64,000 nt of DNA from an uncultured virus (IMG/VR IMGVR_UViG_3300044611_002505) (taxonomy: Duplodnaviria; Heunggongvirae; Uroviricota; Caudoviricetes): the IMG/VR virus record IMGVR_UViG_3300044611_002505; one strand, 5' to 3'. Position 1 is the first letter of the stretch; each line of letters starts with the position of its first letter. The position numbers and the translations under genes were made by a program. The notes under the pieces are model-generated. The model saw nothing but the letters and a program-made list of their open reading frames with translations, had not been told where the DNA came from and did not search any database. Shown piece after piece: positions 30,118 through 39,574 of the stretch.

Positions 30118-30230
30118 ACCATTCTGCCAGCCTGCGGTTGACACGCATGGTTGGCGATGATACGATGGTAGTTGATCGGCTGATGTTCTAAATATTATAA
30201 TCCGATTTTTACAGAAAAAATTACCCCGAG

Positions 30231-30250
30231 AAGTTTCTTCCCGGTACGCT
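30231..30250 (+). promoter_or_regulatory. GGTACGCT module-head motif
   Basis: AAGTTTCTTCCCGGTACGCT, 43 nt before the RuvB-like gene. Confidence 0.7.
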
Positions 30251-30293
30251 GTTCCTCTGCGACAGCCACATAGACTGCTATAGGAGAGATTCT

Positions 30294-31388
30294 TTGATCC
30301 CCCAGACAGAAAATATTTTTTTCCAAAAAGGAACGATTCCAAACTCGGACAAGCTGGAAGAGTTTAAAAGACTCATCAATCCTGAGTTCGAAGAATCTCC
30401 TTTCAATAAATTTGTTGGAAATAGAAAAGCTATTTCCAAGTTATCTGTAGTGGCTTTTAATGCTTTACAGAGATACAACCATGTTTGCAGCGATATTTCT
30501 TTTGCTTTAACTGGTCCTGCAAGCAGTGGCAAAACAACCCTAGTCAGGCTTTTTGCAGAGATTTTAAAGCTACCTCTTGCAGAGATTAGTCCGAAAAGTT
30601 TGGGCTCTCTCGATGATTTGATGCAGCAAATTGCTGATGCGGCAGAAGAAAAGAATGTTCCACTTGTTGAGTGTGATGACAAGTTTTATGTTCTTCCTCC
30701 CTGTATTATTTTCATAGATGAGGTCCACGCTCTCAAAAACAGCATTGTTCAAGGTCTATTGAAGGCTACCGAGCCTAAAGATGCACAACTTGTAACAGAG
30801 TCAGGCTTGAAGGTAAATTGCTTTAATGCTTGTTGGATTATTGCTACAACAGATATTGGCAAGGTCTTTGACGCATTCAGATCTAGGTTTAGCACAATTG
30901 AGTTGAAGTATTTGAGCAAGAAAGATATTTCTAAGATTATCAAGAGCAACTTCCCACAACTAGACGAGGACGCTTGCGATTTAATTGCTCACTATAATCC
31001 CATGATTCCAAGAAAAGCACTAGAGTTTGCCAAATATGTTATTCTTTATGGAAACATGGAAAAAGAAGGATCTTGGGAAGAAATCTGCGAAAAAGTTGCA
31101 GAAAACGAGGGAATTGATAAGTATGGAATGCATGAATCAAATCTTGCTCTTTTGAAGGTTTTGTCTAAACACAAAACTGTTCCGATGAAAAGAATTCCAT
31201 ATTTTTTGAATAAAAAGATCGAAGAGATTGAAAACTACATCTTGCCGTGTTTGGTAAACGATACTGACGAACAACCTTCTTTGGTTTCCGTAACACCAAG
31301 AGGTCTTCGTTTAACCGAAGCTGGAATTCAAGAATTGATCAAAAGAGATTTAATTGAAGAGTCTGACATCATGGAGGAGATAGCTTGA
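30294..31388 (+). CDS. RuvB-like AAA+ ATPase
   Basis: F..FVGN, GPASSGKTTL, IFIDEVHAL, IATT, FRSRF, PR.A, GID..G, TPRG; AGGAG RBS with TTG start. Confidence 0.82.
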   Translation: MIPQTENIFFQKGTIPNSDKLEEFKRLINPEFEESPFNKFVGNRKAISKLSVVAFNALQRYNHVCSDISFALTGPASSGKTTLVRLFAEILKLPLAEISPKSLGSLDDLMQQIADAAEEKNVPLVECDDKFYVLPPCIIFIDEVHALKNSIVQGLLKATEPKDAQLVTESGLKVNCFNACWIIATTDIGKVFDAFRSRFSTIELKYLSKKDISKIIKSNFPQLDEDACDLIAHYNPMIPRKALEFAKYVILYGNMEKEGSWEEICEKVAENEGIDKYGMHESNLALLKVLSKHKTVPMKRIPYFLNKKIEEIENYILPCLVNDTDEQPSLVSVTPRGLRLTEAGIQELIKRDLIEESDIMEEIA

Positions 31389-31556
31389 AAAATTTTGATA
31401 TCGGAGAATTTGTTGTTGATTTAAAGACCGGAGAAATAGGCAGGGTATTTGACGCAGATATTGGATGCAACGCAGTCATAGTCAGTGTTAATGGAGGATT
31501 AGATGTTTGGTTGCACAAAAATATTGACAAATATATTGTAAACGCATAAATAGATT

Positions 31557-31727
31557 ATGCAGAAGATTAGTTTTAAAAAATGGCTTGAAGAAACCGCCGG
31601 ATCTTTTTCTATTGTTTCTTGTAAAGATTTAAACAATCCAAATTTTCAAATTTGGGGAGCAATGTCGGACCTTAATTGCAAAAGATCAAGCAAAAAACAC
31701 AAGCGGTTGACTAAACGTAAAAAATGA
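31557..31727 (+). CDS. 56-aa basic protein with CTS-like N-terminus (below ORF-track cutoff)
   Basis: MQKISFKKWLEETAG...KKHKRLTKRKK; ATAAATA 4 nt upstream. Confidence 0.55.
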   Translation: MQKISFKKWLEETAGSFSIVSCKDLNNPNFQIWGAMSDLNCKRSSKKHKRLTKRKK

Positions 31728-31763
31728 TTATATTTCTCCTGTTAATTCCACAGGAGAAATTTT

Positions 31764-32048
31764 ATGTCTTCCCCGATGATTGAGAGCATTCTTCTTTGCA
31801 AAAAGAAAAAATTTAGACCAAATACGGCACTTGCTGTTGTTGCTGTTATGATGTGTGGAAGAGATTTGTCTACACACGAAGAACTTTTTTATTACTGCGA
31901 TAAATGGGTTGAAGAATTTGGTGCGCCGACATATAAAAAGATCCTGAGTTTTGCAAAAGACTTGGGATATATGAGAGAAATATCTGAGATATCTTTAAAT
32001 TTAGATTGGAAAGAAAAGCCCGATGGAAAACCAGATGGATTTGTCTGA
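31764..32048 (+). CDS. Hypothetical protein
   Basis: AGGAG RBS; TTGACT-16-TATATT upstream. Confidence 0.6.
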   Translation: MSSPMIESILLCKKKKFRPNTALAVVAVMMCGRDLSTHEELFYYCDKWVEEFGAPTYKKILSFAKDLGYMREISEISLNLDWKEKPDGKPDGFV

Positions 32049-33264
32049 TAAAAATATTCATGTTTTTTATATTCAAAGATTAAATGGAAAGAATACAAAT
32101 ATTTCCAAGATCGAAGAACAAGTTGATTTTATTGTAGAAAAATCAACAAAGTCTTCTTCTGGATTTGCCTTCTTGGAAAAGGTAAAAATATTTGAAGGCA
32201 AAAAAACAAAAGATGGTCTTTGGCTCTACAAGTATGAAATTTCTTTCAAATACAATAGAAAGCAATCAAGTCTTGAAGAGTTAAAAAACACATTAACTGA
32301 AAAGATTTCTTTTTATTGCAATTATTCTTCTTTTGGAAAGTTTCCTTGGTCAATTACGACTAAAGATAATAAAGTTGAGTTTTCCGAAGAAGCTGAACAA
32401 GAAGAAGAATCTCACCATTTAAATATTGAAGATATCAAGCACATAGCCCCAGGCGAAGCTGATATTCCTGATTGGGAAGATTTAAACTTTCCTGAGCAGT
32501 TGCTACACGATGATAATTTTTTATCCAATCACGAAGCGTTTAAAAATATTTATGGTTTAAACTCTCAGATAAGAACGATCTTGTCCAGTGTTAAATCTGC
32601 AATAGATACAAACGGACATAGAAGAAACCATACTGTTTTGTGGGGCAAGCCTGCTTGCGGAAAAACACAGGTTGTATTGGCTCTTGAAAACCTTTTGGGA
32701 CCCAACTCCGTATTAAGATTGGATGCTACAAGCACAACAAGAGCAGGTCTTGAGAAACTTTTCTTTAAAGATCTTGTAAAAATACCTCCAATTGTTGTTT
32801 GTGAAGAAATGGAAAAAGCCAAGGAAGAGTGGCTTCAAATTTGGCTTGGAGCTTTGGACGACCGTGGAGAAATAAGAAAAATCAACTTCCGCACTTGTCT
32901 TGTTCGGGAAGTTCGTATATTATTCATCTGTACGGTTAACGACAAGAATCACTTTGATAAAATGATGGGCGGCGACGGCTCAAATAAGCCTGGGGCTTTA
33001 AGCTCCAGATGTGTTAATGATGTATATTTTCCAAGACCGGATGTAAATATTTTAAAGTCTATCTTGAAAAAAGATATACTTTCAAAGGGCGGCAAGCTCG
33101 AATATATTGAGCCCTGCATAGAATTATCTGAAAAACTAAATATCAATGATCCAAGAAAAGTTTTAAGCTTTCTTTCTGGTGGTGAAAGACTTTTGACTGG
33201 CGAGTATCAAAAAGATTTGTTTGACATATTTGAATCACAATCTGCTGGAGGGAATGACGATTAA
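32035..33264 (+). CDS. AAA+ ATPase with unknown N-terminal domain
   Basis: WGKPACGKT Walker A, VVCEEMEK Walker B, ALSSRC, DPR. Confidence 0.8.
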   Translation: MDLSDKNIHVFYIQRLNGKNTNISKIEEQVDFIVEKSTKSSSGFAFLEKVKIFEGKKTKDGLWLYKYEISFKYNRKQSSLEELKNTLTEKISFYCNYSSFGKFPWSITTKDNKVEFSEEAEQEEESHHLNIEDIKHIAPGEADIPDWEDLNFPEQLLHDDNFLSNHEAFKNIYGLNSQIRTILSSVKSAIDTNGHRRNHTVLWGKPACGKTQVVLALENLLGPNSVLRLDATSTTRAGLEKLFFKDLVKIPPIVVCEEMEKAKEEWLQIWLGALDDRGEIRKINFRTCLVREVRILFICTVNDKNHFDKMMGGDGSNKPGALSSRCVNDVYFPRPDVNILKSILKKDILSKGGKLEYIEPCIELSEKLNINDPRKVLSFLSGGERLLTGEYQKDLFDIFESQSAGGNDD

Positions 33265-33343
33265 AACACATTAAAATTATAAAGGTTCTTTTCAATTTTC
33301 AGCTTGTTTAACTAAAACGGAACTTTAGTTATTTTAATTTTTA

Positions 33344-33694
33344 ATGGATTCTTTGGAAAGGTTTTTAAAAATGATTAACAGAAACTACAAGGCTAGAGAC
33401 GATTATAAGGCTCGTGATGATTTCTATCGAAATGAAAAGATGCCAGCTTTTCAACTTCATAAGTTTCAAAGTGAATTTAACTTGAGTATGAACAAGGAAA
33501 TGGCAAAGGTGCTAGCTTATGCTTTGCAGAAGCATGAGCAAATTACACAAGATCATGGCAAGAGTGTTCCGACTTGCTTGTACGCTCTTTTAAGCAAGCT
33601 TGAAGATGTTCAGAAGCCTCGAAATTATGATGATCATCACGATAATAAAGAATCTCAAGACGACTATGAAGATTCTTTTGAATACAGAAGTTAG
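33344..33694 (+). CDS. Hypothetical protein
   Basis: 116-aa ORF followed by 16-bp hairpin. Confidence 0.6.
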   Translation: MDSLERFLKMINRNYKARDDYKARDDFYRNEKMPAFQLHKFQSEFNLSMNKEMAKVLAYALQKHEQITQDHGKSVPTCLYALLSKLEDVQKPRNYDDHHDNKESQDDYEDSFEYRS

Positions 33695-33705
33695 TTTTTA
33701 ACAGC

Positions 33706-33745
33706 CCAGTCCCCGTCAAGAATTTAATATCTTGACGGGGACTGG
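33706..33745. terminator. Inverted repeat/terminator-like hairpin
   Basis: CCAGTCCCCGTCAAGA/TCTTGACGGGGACTGG; no clear T-tail. Confidence 0.55.
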
Positions 33746-33878
33746 AAAGCTGGATAACTTATGCCGATTGGATAAACATATTGTTTATAGAAAAATTTAT
33801 CCAAAAATTTTTTGAATTTTTTAGTTGACTTTTTCTTTGCGGCGGATATGATCGCCCATCGCACGGGGGATAAACCCC

Positions 33879-33898
33879 TTGTTTCTTCTTGGTACGCT
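33879..33898 (+). promoter_or_regulatory. GGTACGCT module-head motif
   Basis: TTGTTTCTTCTTGGTACGCT. Confidence 0.7.
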
Positions 33899-33936
33899 TA
33901 TACGGCGTGTGGTCCAATAACAAGTAGGAGATTCTT

Positions 33937-34776
33937 ATGTCAAAGGACGGCAGAGGTAGAAAAGAACACCAGTTAAAAACCCTCCTCAGAGAAAACGCAG
34001 AAGCAAAAAAAGCTTTTGCCAATCTGGTTGATAGTTTGGGTAAGATGCAGACAATAGCATCCACCCTAGTCAATGAGGGTTTAAAGTTTGGGAAAAATTC
34101 TGTTGCTATAGATAGCATCAGCGTTCCAACCTTGGCTTTGATCATTAAGGAGAATGGTCATTCTTTAAAAAAGGGTAGACCTTCTGCAAGCGGCAGCACT
34201 GTTTGGAAAAATAAACCTCAAGCAATTCAAGCTGTTTGTGATGTTTTGAGAGATCATGGTCTTCATAAGGGAAGAGATTATCTTTTAAACAATGGCGTAA
34301 CCTATATCAACGAAAATGGCGAAAAAGAGCATTTCGCTTTTTCGGCAAATGGAAAGAAGTTGTTGTCAATCACAACTCTTTCGAAGGTAGCAAGAGAAAA
34401 TGAAATCAAATTTATGGTTGGACCAAGAAAGGTCAGAACAAAGTCTTTGATTACTTCCGAGGAACAAGAAGAAATTAAAAAGAAAGCCCCGCCTAAGATT
34501 GAAGATGAAGTATTAAATGAAGTCGATGAAGATGAAGTCGATGAAGATGAAGTCGATGAAGATGAAGTCGATGAAGATGAAGATGAAGTCGATGAAGATG
34601 AAGACGATGAAGATGAAGAAGAAGATGAAGATGAAGATGAAGATGAAGATGAAGATGAAGATGAAGATGAAGATGAAGATGAAGATGAAGATGAAGATGA
34701 AGATGAAGATGAAGATGAAGATGAAGACTTTGATGACGAAATAGAAGACCTTGAAGAAGAGGATGACGAAGATTAA
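33937..34776 (+). CDS. Basic N-terminal domain + ~90-aa Asp/Glu tail protein
   Basis: AGGAG RBS; C-terminus almost all D/E. Confidence 0.75.
   Translation: MSKDGRGRKEHQLKTLLRENAEAKKAFANLVDSLGKMQTIASTLVNEGLKFGKNSVAIDSISVPTLALIIKENGHSLKKGRPSASGSTVWKNKPQAIQAVCDVLRDHGLHKGRDYLLNNGVTYINENGEKEHFAFSANGKKLLSITTLSKVARENEIKFMVGPRKVRTKSLITSEEQEEIKKKAPPKIEDEVLNEVDEDEVDEDEVDEDEVDEDEDEVDEDEDDEDEEEDEDEDEDEDEDEDEDEDEDEDEDEDEDEDEDEDEDFDDEIEDLEEEDDED
34519..34722 (+). repeat. Coding microsatellite: (GAAGTCGATGAAGAT)4 and (GAAGAT)17
   Basis: Perfect GAAGAT run 34621-34722. Confidence 0.9.
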
Positions 34777-34793
34777 TCCCCGAATACCTCCCC

Positions 34794-34813
34794 ATCTTTC
34801 TTTGTGGTACGCT
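34794..34813 (+). promoter_or_regulatory. GGTACGCT module-head motif
   Basis: ATCTTTCTTTGTGGTACGCT. Confidence 0.65.
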
Positions 34814-34816
34814 CAC

Positions 34817-34852
34817 ACTCCGGAGGCGGGAGAACCGCCTCCGGAGTTTTTT
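34817..34852 (+). terminator. Rho-independent terminator-like hairpin
   Basis: ACTCCGGAGGCGG-GAGAA-CCGCCTCCGGAGT then T-run. Confidence 0.75.
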
Positions 34853-34872
34853 CAATTCCTAGGAATAAAAAG

Positions 34873-35244
34873 ATGAAAAAAGTTTTGATCATTAAAGATT
34901 ATGAGAAGTTTGTTCGAAAGATGAAAGAAAAAACCATAAGTCTGTTGGAAAATTTTTCTGACAATTTAAGCAATGATCTTTCTGGATTATTCCTTAGGGA
35001 ACTAAAGATTAAACTATCGGATCATGATGTTTCTCAAATGATTTCTGACTCTGAGATAAAGTCTATCATTTCAGTATACACTAAAGAAATCGACGGCAAC
35101 CTAGTAATCAAGCAAAAAGACTTAGAGCGATGTTCTGATTCTTTGAGGGAGCGGTTTGCCAGTAATCTTGTATCTTTTTTAGTAAAAAATAATTATGTAG
35201 AACAAGGATATGACGAAGAGCAAAACAATTTTTGCTTTTTCTGA
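34873..35244 (+). CDS. Hypothetical protein
   Basis: AGGA RBS; operon-like run. Confidence 0.6.
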   Translation: MKKVLIIKDYEKFVRKMKEKTISLLENFSDNLSNDLSGLFLRELKIKLSDHDVSQMISDSEIKSIISVYTKEIDGNLVIKQKDLERCSDSLRERFASNLVSFLVKNNYVEQGYDEEQNNFCFF

Positions 35245-35660
35245 TGATTAAAAAAATATCTCTTTTGCTGAAAACAGAAGGTCTTGTGCCCATTGATGAT
35301 TCTTTAATTTTAAAAATTAAGAAGCCACATAAATATTGGCGATGGGAAGATCCTACTCATTTAGCATTGAGTTACAAAGATGTATCTGATCCGATTTTTA
35401 TCAAAGAAATTTTAAAATTAGATTTTGTAGAAAAAGAGATTAGCTTTCTTTCTGTTTGTAACAATTTTGAGTATAGATCAAAAATTTTAAAAGAATCTGG
35501 GACTCTTTCTCTTTATTCTTTTTGGACTAGATCTGAACATTATTGGAAATTATACAAAACATATTCTTTTGATTCTGTGAATGATTGTTTTGACCAAATG
35601 TTGGCAGACTATAATTTTTTAGAAAAAAGAAGCCTTTTGGATACATTTAAAGATGATTGA
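35232..35660 (+). CDS. Hypothetical protein
   Basis: Overlapping co-oriented ORF. Confidence 0.55.
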   Translation: MLFLMIKKISLLLKTEGLVPIDDSLILKIKKPHKYWRWEDPTHLALSYKDVSDPIFIKEILKLDFVEKEISFLSVCNNFEYRSKILKESGTLSLYSFWTRSEHYWKLYKTYSFDSVNDCFDQMLADYNFLEKRSLLDTFKDD

Positions 35661-35916
35661 AAAAATTGAGTCCGAAGCTAATAAGTTTTTTGTTGAACAG
35701 ACATTGGGCGATTGTTTTCTAATGTCTGATGAGGAAACAGTTAATTTCATAGAGGCGTGTGATTTCAATATACACAAACTCAGACAGGTTTTAAACGATG
35801 ATAGGACTGCCGTAAATGCCATTTATGGTATTGAGATTTTTATGAAGTCTATGTGCTGCAGACTTTTAAATGTAAATAGAGCCGGAAGGTTGATGCAGAG
35901 CAAGCTATGCGATTAA
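35653..35916 (+). CDS. Hypothetical protein
   Basis: Overlapping co-oriented ORF. Confidence 0.5.
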   Translation: MIEKIESEANKFFVEQTLGDCFLMSDEETVNFIEACDFNIHKLRQVLNDDRTAVNAIYGIEIFMKSMCCRLLNVNRAGRLMQSKLCD

Positions 35917-36407
35917 TATTCTGTTTTATTGTTTTGGTTTTTTGTAATACTTCTTTATCCCAAGATAGATTGAAGGTTGTAGAAAATCCAAATTCTATGT
36001 ATGAAAATGTACTCGATTCAATTGTAAAGTCTATGAATAAGCAAAATATAGAAGATTATTCAAAAAACTTTGTATCCTTTACCAAAAAGGATAGGCTTAA
36101 TATGTCGTTGTTTTTTTTAAGACATGAGCCAACAGCTCTTATTTTTGAAAAACATATTTTGGAAGAAACAGAGTCAAAAGTTGAGTTGGCGATTTCCTAT
36201 CAAATTAGCTGTGACATTGACCAAAAGCACTATAAATTTTCATCGATTGTAACCATGAAAAAAATTGGTGATATCTGGAAGTTTTCAAAAGAAAAAGTTG
36301 TATCTTTTAATTACGTAGACAAAGATTGCTCAAGCTGCTCCTCTAATCAGAACAACGATAAAGAAGACGGTCTTGTGTGCTTTGGAGGACAATGCAATCT
36401 CAGATAA
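35907..36407 (+). CDS. Exported NTF2-like hypothetical protein
   Basis: Signal peptide; MKKIGDIWKF beta-hairpin; Cys-rich tail. Confidence 0.5.
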   Translation: MRLIFCFIVLVFCNTSLSQDRLKVVENPNSMYENVLDSIVKSMNKQNIEDYSKNFVSFTKKDRLNMSLFFLRHEPTALIFEKHILEETESKVELAISYQISCDIDQKHYKFSSIVTMKKIGDIWKFSKEKVVSFNYVDKDCSSCSSNQNNDKEDGLVCFGGQCNLR

Positions 36408-37221
36408 TATTCTTTCTTTAAGAAATGTTTTAAAAATACCATCTTATTCCACAAGAGAAGAATTGGTAGTAGACTTCATAGAAAGTTATTGCATAGACAA
36501 TAATTTGTTTTATAAAAAGGATTTAAAAAACAATATTTACGTTGTTAAAGGTGAGTTGAGCCAAGACGAATATTTTCCTTGTGCTGTGGCTCACACAGAC
36601 ACTGTTCATAAAGACCATGTAGAATTGATTGAATTTGGTCTGAGTCTCGATATTATTGAAGAAAAATATGACGGTAAAACTTTTTTGACCGCCACAAATC
36701 CAATGAGCCTAGCTAAAACTGGCATTGGCGGTGACGATAAATGCGGGGTATACATATGTTTGAGGCTTTTGGAGAAGATAGACAATCTCAAGTGTGCATT
36801 CTTCGTTGAAGAAGAAATAGGCATGAAGGGTTCAGCACTATGCGATCTTGAATTTTTTAATGATGTGGGATATGCTATACAGTTCGATGCTCCAACCAAC
36901 GACTGGTTCAGCGAAAGCTGCATGGGACACAAACTTTGGTCTGACGAATATTTCGAATCAGTAAAGGATGTCCTTGACAAGCATGGGGTAAAAAATATAT
37001 CAAAAGACCCCTTTACTGATGTTGTCCAACTCAGGAAAAAATTTGATTTTTGTTGCAGTGTTCTTCCAACAGGCTATTATGATCAACACTCCAAATTCGA
37101 ATACGTTGTTGAAGAAGAAACAGAAGGTTGCGTCGAACTAGCTGTTGACTTCATAGAAAAACTTGGTTACAAAAAATACTATTTCAAAGGTAGCTCAGCA
37201 CAGAGCGTGTTTCACGATTAG
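36373..37221 (+). CDS. M20/M28/M42-type Zn peptidase
   Basis: AHTDTVH, GGDDKCG, VEEEIG..GS, QFD, GYY..H; start uncertain. Confidence 0.82.
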   Translation: MCALEDNAISDNILSLRNVLKIPSYSTREELVVDFIESYCIDNNLFYKKDLKNNIYVVKGELSQDEYFPCAVAHTDTVHKDHVELIEFGLSLDIIEEKYDGKTFLTATNPMSLAKTGIGGDDKCGVYICLRLLEKIDNLKCAFFVEEEIGMKGSALCDLEFFNDVGYAIQFDAPTNDWFSESCMGHKLWSDEYFESVKDVLDKHGVKNISKDPFTDVVQLRKKFDFCCSVLPTGYYDQHSKFEYVVEEETEGCVELAVDFIEKLGYKKYYFKGSSAQSVFHD

Positions 37222-37261
37222 AACAAATTGTGCTGTTTGTTCTGCTTCAAGGAGGATGGTT

Positions 37262-37648
37262 ATGTATTTCAAGAGTTTTATTTTTGCTATTGTGGCTGTT
37301 CTGGTAGTTTCAAATTATTCTGATGCTGCCCCAAGGAGGAAAAATTATACCTATTCCACCCCAACCTATTCCTCTCCATCTGAAGGAAGGGTTTATTCAT
37401 ACACCAATTCTGTGCCAAATCCCCAGGGAAATAGTGATCAAGAAAGATGTCAGGCAGAAGCCAATCATATGGCTGCAAATAACATCACTGGTCATGTTTG
37501 GAGCTGCATTGGTAGTTTTGAGGGTGTTGGTTATGGATCTTCTCCAAACTGCAATACCTGCACACCCAGCGGCAGAATGAGCTTAACCGGTGACGCCAGT
37601 GCTCAAGGTAGAAATGGCATGTGGTATCGTGTTCGCTCTTGGCGATAA
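37262..37648 (+). CDS. Exported CAP-like small protein
   Basis: Signal peptide; A..MA.....GH, FEGVG, GMWYRVR.WR. Confidence 0.6.
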   Translation: MYFKSFIFAIVAVLVVSNYSDAAPRRKNYTYSTPTYSSPSEGRVYSYTNSVPNPQGNSDQERCQAEANHMAANNITGHVWSCIGSFEGVGYGSSPNCNTCTPSGRMSLTGDASAQGRNGMWYRVRSWR

Positions 37649-37652
37649 GTTC

Positions 37653-37698
37653 ATAGCACCCTTGGAGGATTAAACTCCTCCAAGGGTGCTATTCTTTA
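37653..37698 (+). terminator. Terminator hairpin
   Basis: ATAGCACCCTTGGAGGA/TCCTCCAAGGGTGCTAT. Confidence 0.7.
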
Positions 37699-37907
37699 GG
37701 TGAGAAAATGGAATATATTATTCTCGCAGTGTTGGCTATTGTTTTTATGAATTCTTGGTATAATCCCAATTCAAACTCTACTTCTTATAGACTTGGTAGG
37801 GGTGTTGGGAACAAAACCAGAAAGTTTGGCGAATGGTTAATGAGAGATGATTGAGTGCAACTTGTTGTTTCACTTCAATTTGTCTTTTTTAATTAAAGGA
37901 GTTGATC

Positions 37908-38231
37908 ATGTCAGAAGAAAAGAAGGTTTCAAAGACCAAGATGGTTAAGGATATCCTTGATCAAAATCCATCTTTAAAGCCCATGGACATAGTTAAGATT
38001 ATGTCTGAAAAGGGCGTTGAAATTGATAATAAGTACGTCAGTATTATCAAGAGTAAAATTAAGACTGGCAATAAGAAGCCTGTTTCTGTTGCTAAAAGAA
38101 GGATGAGTGGTCATAAGTCAAATATGTCCGATTCCTTTGATGATCTTCTTGCCGTTAAGAGTCTTTATGACTCCATCGGTGCAGACAGAATCATTTCTGC
38201 GGTCAAGGCTATCGAAAAGCTCACCAAGTAG
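37908..38231 (+). CDS. Small basic putative DNA-binding protein
   Basis: SK...VK.IL..NP..KP.DIV......GVEI...YVS.IKSK; AGGAG RBS. Confidence 0.6.
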   Translation: MSEEKKVSKTKMVKDILDQNPSLKPMDIVKIMSEKGVEIDNKYVSIIKSKIKTGNKKPVSVAKRRMSGHKSNMSDSFDDLLAVKSLYDSIGADRIISAVKAIEKLTK

Positions 38232-38241
38232 TTTTTATTCT

Positions 38242-38281
38242 TACACGGGGGGATAGCTCAATATCCCCCCGTGTATTTTTT
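38242..38281 (+). terminator. Rho-independent terminator
   Basis: TACACGGGGGGATA/TATCCCCCCGTGTA + T-run. Confidence 0.8.
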
Positions 38282-38296
38282 ATTTAGAAATATATT

Positions 38297-39574
38297 ATGA
38301 TTTTAAAACAAGTTAAAAAGCTGGTGGATGAGTTGAAGGCAACTTCAAGCTCTCTTGAGAAAAAAGAGATTCTTAAAAAACACCTTGTTGATAATGAAAA
38401 CTTAAAGAATATTGTTCACTATACATACAATCCATTTTATCAATTTTATATAACAAGTGATGTTTGCGAGAAAAATACTCATCTTTCTGGTAAGCAGTTT
38501 GAATGCATATTTGAATTACTTGATTCTTTGAGATTAAGAAAATTAACCGGGCATGACGCAGTGGGAGCGGTTAATGCATATATCAAAAAGAACGAAGAAT
38601 ATAAAGAAATTGTCTATACGATCATAGACAAGGATCTTAAAACAAGAACCGCAGAAAAGACAATCAATTCTGCAATCAAGAATTTAATACCCGAATTTGA
38701 AGTCGCTTTGGCAGATAAATATGATGAAAAGAATGTAAACTTTAAAGATACTTGGTACGCCTCACACAAGTTGGATGGGGTAAGGTGCGCTTGTGTTATT
38801 GATGAAAACGGCAAGGTTACAAGCTACAGCAGACAAGGTAAAATATTTACAACTCTTGGTGTTGTCGAAAAAGAAATAGAAGCCTTGGACTTAAAGAATG
38901 TTGTTTTTGATGGAGAATTATGCTCCATTAAAAATGGCGTAGAAGACTTTCAATCAATAATGAAGTTGATTAGGAAAAAAGATTACACTATTCCTAATCC
39001 TGCTTATAAAATTTTTGATATGATTGATATCAACGATTTTTTCAACAAGAAGAGCAAAGACAAGCTGTCTGTAAGGCTCCAGAAGCTAAAAGAGACAATA
39101 CCAGAGAAAAACAAATACCTCCAGCTTTTAAAACAAACTGTTGTTAAAGACAAAGATCACTTTGCCGAATTACTAAAAGAAGCAAGTGATAAAAACTGGG
39201 AGGGGTTGATGCTTAGACGAGATTCTGCATATGAAGGAAAAAGATCAAAAAATCTTTTAAAAGTAAAGACTTTTTTTGACGCAGAATACAAGGTGGTTGA
39301 TGTTGAGAATGGTCCCTTCCGATTGGTTGTAGACGGCAAGGAAGTAGAGGAAACCATGCTTTCATGCGTCACAATCAAACACAAGGGTTTTTCTGTTCGT
39401 GTTGGTTCAGGATGGACAATCGAAGATAGACGGCTATATTACAAGAATCCTGAAAAAATTATTGGGAAGACCTTGACCGTCCAATATTTCTCTGAATCTT
39501 TTAACGAAAAAGGTGAAACCTCACTTAGATTTCCTACTGTTAAATTTGTCCACGGCGAAAAAAGAGATACATGA
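38297..39574 (+). CDS. lig: ATP-dependent DNA ligase
   Basis: KLDGVR, SRQG, FDGEL, IFD, WEGLMLR, YEGKRS.NLLKVK, VGSG, SLRFP. Confidence 0.92.
   Translation: MILKQVKKLVDELKATSSSLEKKEILKKHLVDNENLKNIVHYTYNPFYQFYITSDVCEKNTHLSGKQFECIFELLDSLRLRKLTGHDAVGAVNAYIKKNEEYKEIVYTIIDKDLKTRTAEKTINSAIKNLIPEFEVALADKYDEKNVNFKDTWYASHKLDGVRCACVIDENGKVTSYSRQGKIFTTLGVVEKEIEALDLKNVVFDGELCSIKNGVEDFQSIMKLIRKKDYTIPNPAYKIFDMIDINDFFNKKSKDKLSVRLQKLKETIPEKNKYLQLLKQTVVKDKDHFAELLKEASDKNWEGLMLRRDSAYEGKRSKNLLKVKTFFDAEYKVVDVENGPFRLVVDGKEVEETMLSCVTIKHKGFSVRVGSGWTIEDRRLYYKNPEKIIGKTLTVQYFSESFNEKGETSLRFPTVKFVHGEKRDT

Noticed and set aside
34493..34855. ORFs with (HL)n on minus and (MK)n on plus
   Set aside because: Alternative-frame readings of the GAAGAT microsatellite in the acidic-tail gene.
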